This document shows, one piece after another, positions 63,659 through 64,000 of a stretch of DNA of 64,000 nt. A model generated the notes under the pieces. The model was given only the letters and a program-made list of their open reading frames with translations. It was not told the origin of the DNA and searched no databases. Source of the DNA: Selaginella moellendorffii (Eukaryota; Plantae; Lycopodiophyta); contig NW_003314338.1 in assembly GCF_000143415.4 (NCBI RefSeq), positions 614,216-678,215 on the forward strand. Reading direction: 5' to 3'. A program made the translations under genes and the position numbers. The number at the start of each line of letters is the position of its first letter. The stretch's first letter is position 1.

Positions 63659-63976
63659 TCATATGAACCTTGCTTTATTATGAGCGACCATGTTGAAGAA
63701 AAGTCCATCTAAGAAACATAACATAAGATTCTAAACCATAATAGCATCGAGTATAACTTGCCTGTTAATTTGAGGAGGTTCTTGGGGGTATCAAACTCTG
63801 CAATGCGTCCAGCTTCCATCACTAAGACACGATCATTGTCAATAATTGTTTGGATGCGATGGGCAACTGTTAGAACGGTGCAATCCTGGAAAGAGGCTCG
63901 AATAGTTGCTTGAATGATTTGGTCTGTGTCATTGTCTACTGCTGCAGTTGCTTCGTCCATAATAAGGATTTTGGAC
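63659..63976 (-). CDS. 3' end of an ABCC/MRP-type ABC transporter (NBD2); gene continues beyond the window
   Basis: [26 protein letters not shown]...[22 protein letters not shown] (Walker B, D-loop, H-loop). Exon 63762-63976 plus probable last exon 63659-63708. Confidence 0.9.
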
Positions 63977-64000
63977 CTGCAAAAATAAGCTATGATCAGT

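Overview
Eukaryotic, almost certainly land-plant DNA. The very short 45-77 nt introns, compact genes and gene content resemble the lycophyte Selaginella (inference). Two N gaps are present. Intact-looking genes: a 4-exon, apparently catalytically dead eIF4A/DEAD-box-like protein (9071-10723, -) head-to-head, with only 56 bp between ATGs, with an intronless atypical kinase-fold protein resembling fungal DUF3669 proteins (10780-11574, +); SEC23 (-) head-to-head with a clathrin light chain (+); an uncharacterised Ser/Pro-rich protein; a multi-exon M1 aminopeptidase N (-) head-to-head with a BURP-domain gene (+); and the 3' end of an ABCC transporter at the right edge. Most of the rest is decayed transposon sequence: two related LTR families (solo LTRs with 5-bp TSDs, nested and internally inverted elements), gypsy protease and RT remnants, a hAT remnant, a fold-back palindrome, and a cluster of gene fragments (PPR, HIRAN, serine carboxypeptidase and others). 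The most notable candidate system is the kinase-like/pseudo-helicase divergent pair. Pieces of that cassette occur three times in the window.
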